Assembly (NCBI RefSeq): GCF_006345805.1
Contig: NC_043016.1
Span: 6,944,001-7,008,000 of the forward strand
Origin: Octopus sinensis
Lineage: Eukaryota
DNA length: 64,000 nt
Direction: 5' to 3'
The notes below the pieces were generated by a model, which saw only the letters and a program-made list of their open reading frames with translations, made no database searches and had not been told where the DNA came from. Below are positions 61,255-64,000 of this stretch, one piece after another. Numbering within the stretch: position 1 is the first letter of the stretch; every line of letters starts with the position of its first letter. The position numbers and the translations under genes were made by a program.

Positions 61255-61730
61255 TCTTTGCACAGCTTATAACGCTGGAGATGTACTACGGTGTTAGCTG
61301 TTCCCTACCAGTGAACTAAGGTAACACCTATTATTTTTCGAGCACCATCCGGAGTATTCGAGCGGTTCCAAGCAGTGCTGTATTCTGCAAGTGCTCCACC
61401 CTTATTGCAGCCCCTATTTCTGGACAGTTTTCTATTCGGATTAGTTCGAATAGCGGTGTCGCTTTGAGAGCCAAAATGTGTGCAGTCAGTGACTGGGCAG
61501 GAGCGCGTTCTTGCGCGTGAGGACGTATACATGAGTGCAGGTGCACGTTTCGAAATTGGCTGTAAAATAAGCTCGGGCGAGCGAATGAGTGTATTCTTAA
61601 TCCATGATATGGAAGATCTTCCTGCAGGGTTGCAGTGTGTGAAATGCCTTGAAGGTGAAATGCGTCTGGTGCTGTTGTCGTGGTTAATTGCTGAGTTAGC
61701 AAGGACGACAATGTAGCATGCTGGAGTGGT
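61255..61730 (-). pseudogene. 3' end of an R4/Dong-like LINE ending in (ATC/ATT)n
   Basis: C-terminal EHLQNTALLGTARILRMVLE and a short 3' UTR abutting the microsatellite at about 61182-61255. Confidence 0.7.
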
Positions 61731-62337
61731 GCACAAGACAGATAATTTTCTCTGTTAATTATGTAACCAAACGGGGGTCTAACAGGGGGAAATTACGTCT
61801 AAACATGTGCGCAGAGCATGTGAACATCCGACGTGCTTTGAGTCGGAAGAAGAATTGAGCTGACGCAGACGTGTTGCAAGACAAGGAAGTAGATGTGCAT
61901 AACAGAGGTGCATGTGCATGAGTGCAATAGGGCTTGCAAGGCTGGGGCTAATGCTAGTGCATTGATTACAAGTACAGAGTACAGTATTGAATATGCCAGT
62001 TATCAATGCAGTAAGGCTGAGGCTGCCAGCCGATGCATGAGGTATTATACGCCTCGATCGTGCAGGAACAAAAGTGTGGCATGCTGGCACGTTGTAAGGG
62101 ACAAACAACTTTCTCTATGTATGCGTCACCGACCTAGGGTCTTACAGAGATGCGTTGTGTGTACAAGGGCGCATTGAGCATGAAAAACAAGCGAGAAAGG
62201 CATGTGTGGTGCATAAATGAGACAGAGTTAGCATGTGTTTGTGTAACAATGTGTGCTGATGCGTGCGCATGGCCGGGCGCTGAGGAAAGGTGCATGCGTG
62301 TGCATATGCACAACATACATTCTTCGAGAGAGAACGA

Positions 62338-62437
62338 NNNNNNNNNNNNNNNNNNNNNNNNNNNNNNNNNNNNNNNNNNNNNNNNNNNNNNNNNNNNNNN
62401 NNNNNNNNNNNNNNNNNNNNNNNNNNNNNNNNNNNNN
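62338..62437. other. Assembly gap (100 N)
   Basis: Run of N. Confidence 1.
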
Positions 62438-62439
62438 GC

Positions 62440-62646
62440 TCTAGGTACAAGGCCTGAAATTTGGTGGGGAGGGGGCCAGTCAATTAGATCGATCCCCGTA
62501 CACAGCTGGTACTTAATTTATTGACTCTGAAAGGATGAAAGGCTAAGTCAACTTTGGCAGAATTTGAACTCAGAATGCAAAGACAGATGAAATACTAACC
62601 ACTGTGTATTTCGCTTAGCATGCTAATGTTTCTGCCAGCTCGCTTC
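62440..62646 (-). mobile_element. Diverged SINE family 1 with alternative tail
   Basis: Minus-strand head and core; tail CCCCACCAAATTTCAGGCCTTGTACCTAG as at 21690-21730. Confidence 0.7.
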
Positions 62647-62813
62647 CTGTTTACGTCCAGCATGCTTGACAACTGATGTTGCTTTGTTTACCAACTGAGC
62701 AGTTTGGCAAAAGAGACTGACAAAATAAGCATGAATCATAAAATAAATAAGTACTGGCATTGATATTTGTTTGGCTAAATCCTACAATGCAGTGCCCCTG
62801 CTTGATCACAAGA

Positions 62814-63615
62814 GAGTGGAGCTGTGTGGTAAGAAGTTTGCTTCCCAACCACATGGTTCTGGGTTCTGTCCCACTACGTGACACCTCGCGTGTCTTCTGC
62901 AATAGACGCTGGCTGGCCAAAGCTTTATGAGTGGATTTGGTACATGGAAACTGAAAGAAGCCCATTGTATATATATATATATATATATAATCAAAAAGGG
63001 TAATAACGTAGGTTATTATTACCAGTGGCCTGGCACAAAGACGAATTAGTCATTAGACAAAATATTATTCATATAGAAAAATATTATTCATATAGAAATA
63101 TAATAAAAGGCTCCCAAATAAGGAAGCTAAGTGCTATATATATATATGTTGCTGGTGGCACGTAAAAAGCACCAACTGATCGTGGCCACTGCCAGCCTCC
63201 CTTGGCACCTGTACCGGTGACACGTAAAAAGCATCCACTACACTCACGGAGTGGTTGGTGTTAGGAAGGGCATCCAGCTGTAGAAGCACTGCCAGATCAG
63301 CCTGGTGCAGCCTCCTGGCTTCCCAGACCCCGGTCGAACCGTCCAACCCATGCTAGCATGGAAAACGGACATTAAACGATGATGATGTGTGTGTTTGCGT
63401 GTGTCTTTGAGTCCATGTTTTTTCCCCCACCATCGCCTAACAACCAATGTTGATGTATTTATGTCCCCGTAGCTTAGCAGTTCAACAAAATAGACCGATA
63501 GAGTAAGTACTAGGCTTACAAAGAATAAGTCCTGGGGTTGATTTCTTCGACTAAAACTCTTTAGTCAGTGCTCCAGCATGGGTGCATTCAAATGACTGAT
63601 ACAAGTAAAAAAATG
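62814..63615 (+). mobile_element. SINE family 2 head (62814-62970) and tail (about 63415-63615) separated by other repeat pieces, including an RTE-like GGAAGGGCATCCAGC element (about 63145-63385)
   Basis: Similarity to 45858 and 57980; the GGAAGGGCATCCA motif recurs inverted at about 63745. Confidence 0.6.
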
Positions 63616-64000
63616 AAAGAATATATATATCTGGGTAAAACCTGCATTTATGTATTTTTATATCTACACACACACGTATATATATATATATATATATATC
63701 ATAATAAATCTATTGTTTGCATGGGTCTAATTGATTTTCTACAGTTGGATGCCCTTCCAGTCACTGACCCTCACCTGATAATATTTTCCCATGGTCAGAC
63801 ATGAAGGATTGGAATTGAGCAACTTTATTTACATGACTGGTACTCACTCAAGCATCACAGGATGTCAGGACAAGTGTAACACGCATACCATACGTTGTAC
63901 ATATGTACACACGAACAAAACAGGAAGTGACATTCCTTTACTAGACTGTCATGCTTGTACCTGCTGTCTGGTGACACTCAACCTGTGACTACATAGTTGA

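Noticed and set aside
61740-62337. Unusual TGCA-rich unique-looking sequence with several short ORFs
   Set aside because: It abuts the 100-N gap and follows a garbled part of a LINE; it is most likely low-quality contig-end consensus.

Overview
AT-rich, microsatellite-saturated eukaryotic DNA with no host protein-coding exon or RNA gene that I can support. The repeat families look like those of an octopod cephalopod; this is recalled resemblance, not a database result. Almost all recognisable sequence is transposon debris. Retroelement relics: several Penelope-like elements (RT thumb and GIY-YIG fragments), RLE-type LINEs (R4/Dong-like, CRE-like), RTE, Tx1/L1-like and CR1-like LINEs, a Ty3/Gypsy pol fragment, and many copies of at least three tRNA-derived SINE families. 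DNA transposon relics: mariner and hAT-like fragments, Helitron and Helentron-like non-autonomous elements. There is also a 6-copy ~166-bp tandem array and a 100-N gap. The most striking hidden layer is about a dozen type I hammerhead-ribozyme-like folds from several unrelated repeat families, most with a palindromic minimal stem III. Two fully canonical copies sit in the ~795-bp inverted arms of a Penelope-like element (36472-39089). Next to that element, a second Penelope-like 3' end carries a fixed-spacing CCAAT+CRE array upstream of a TATA box. All folds were read by eye and none is tested. Most long ORFs in the supplied track are microsatellite translations.
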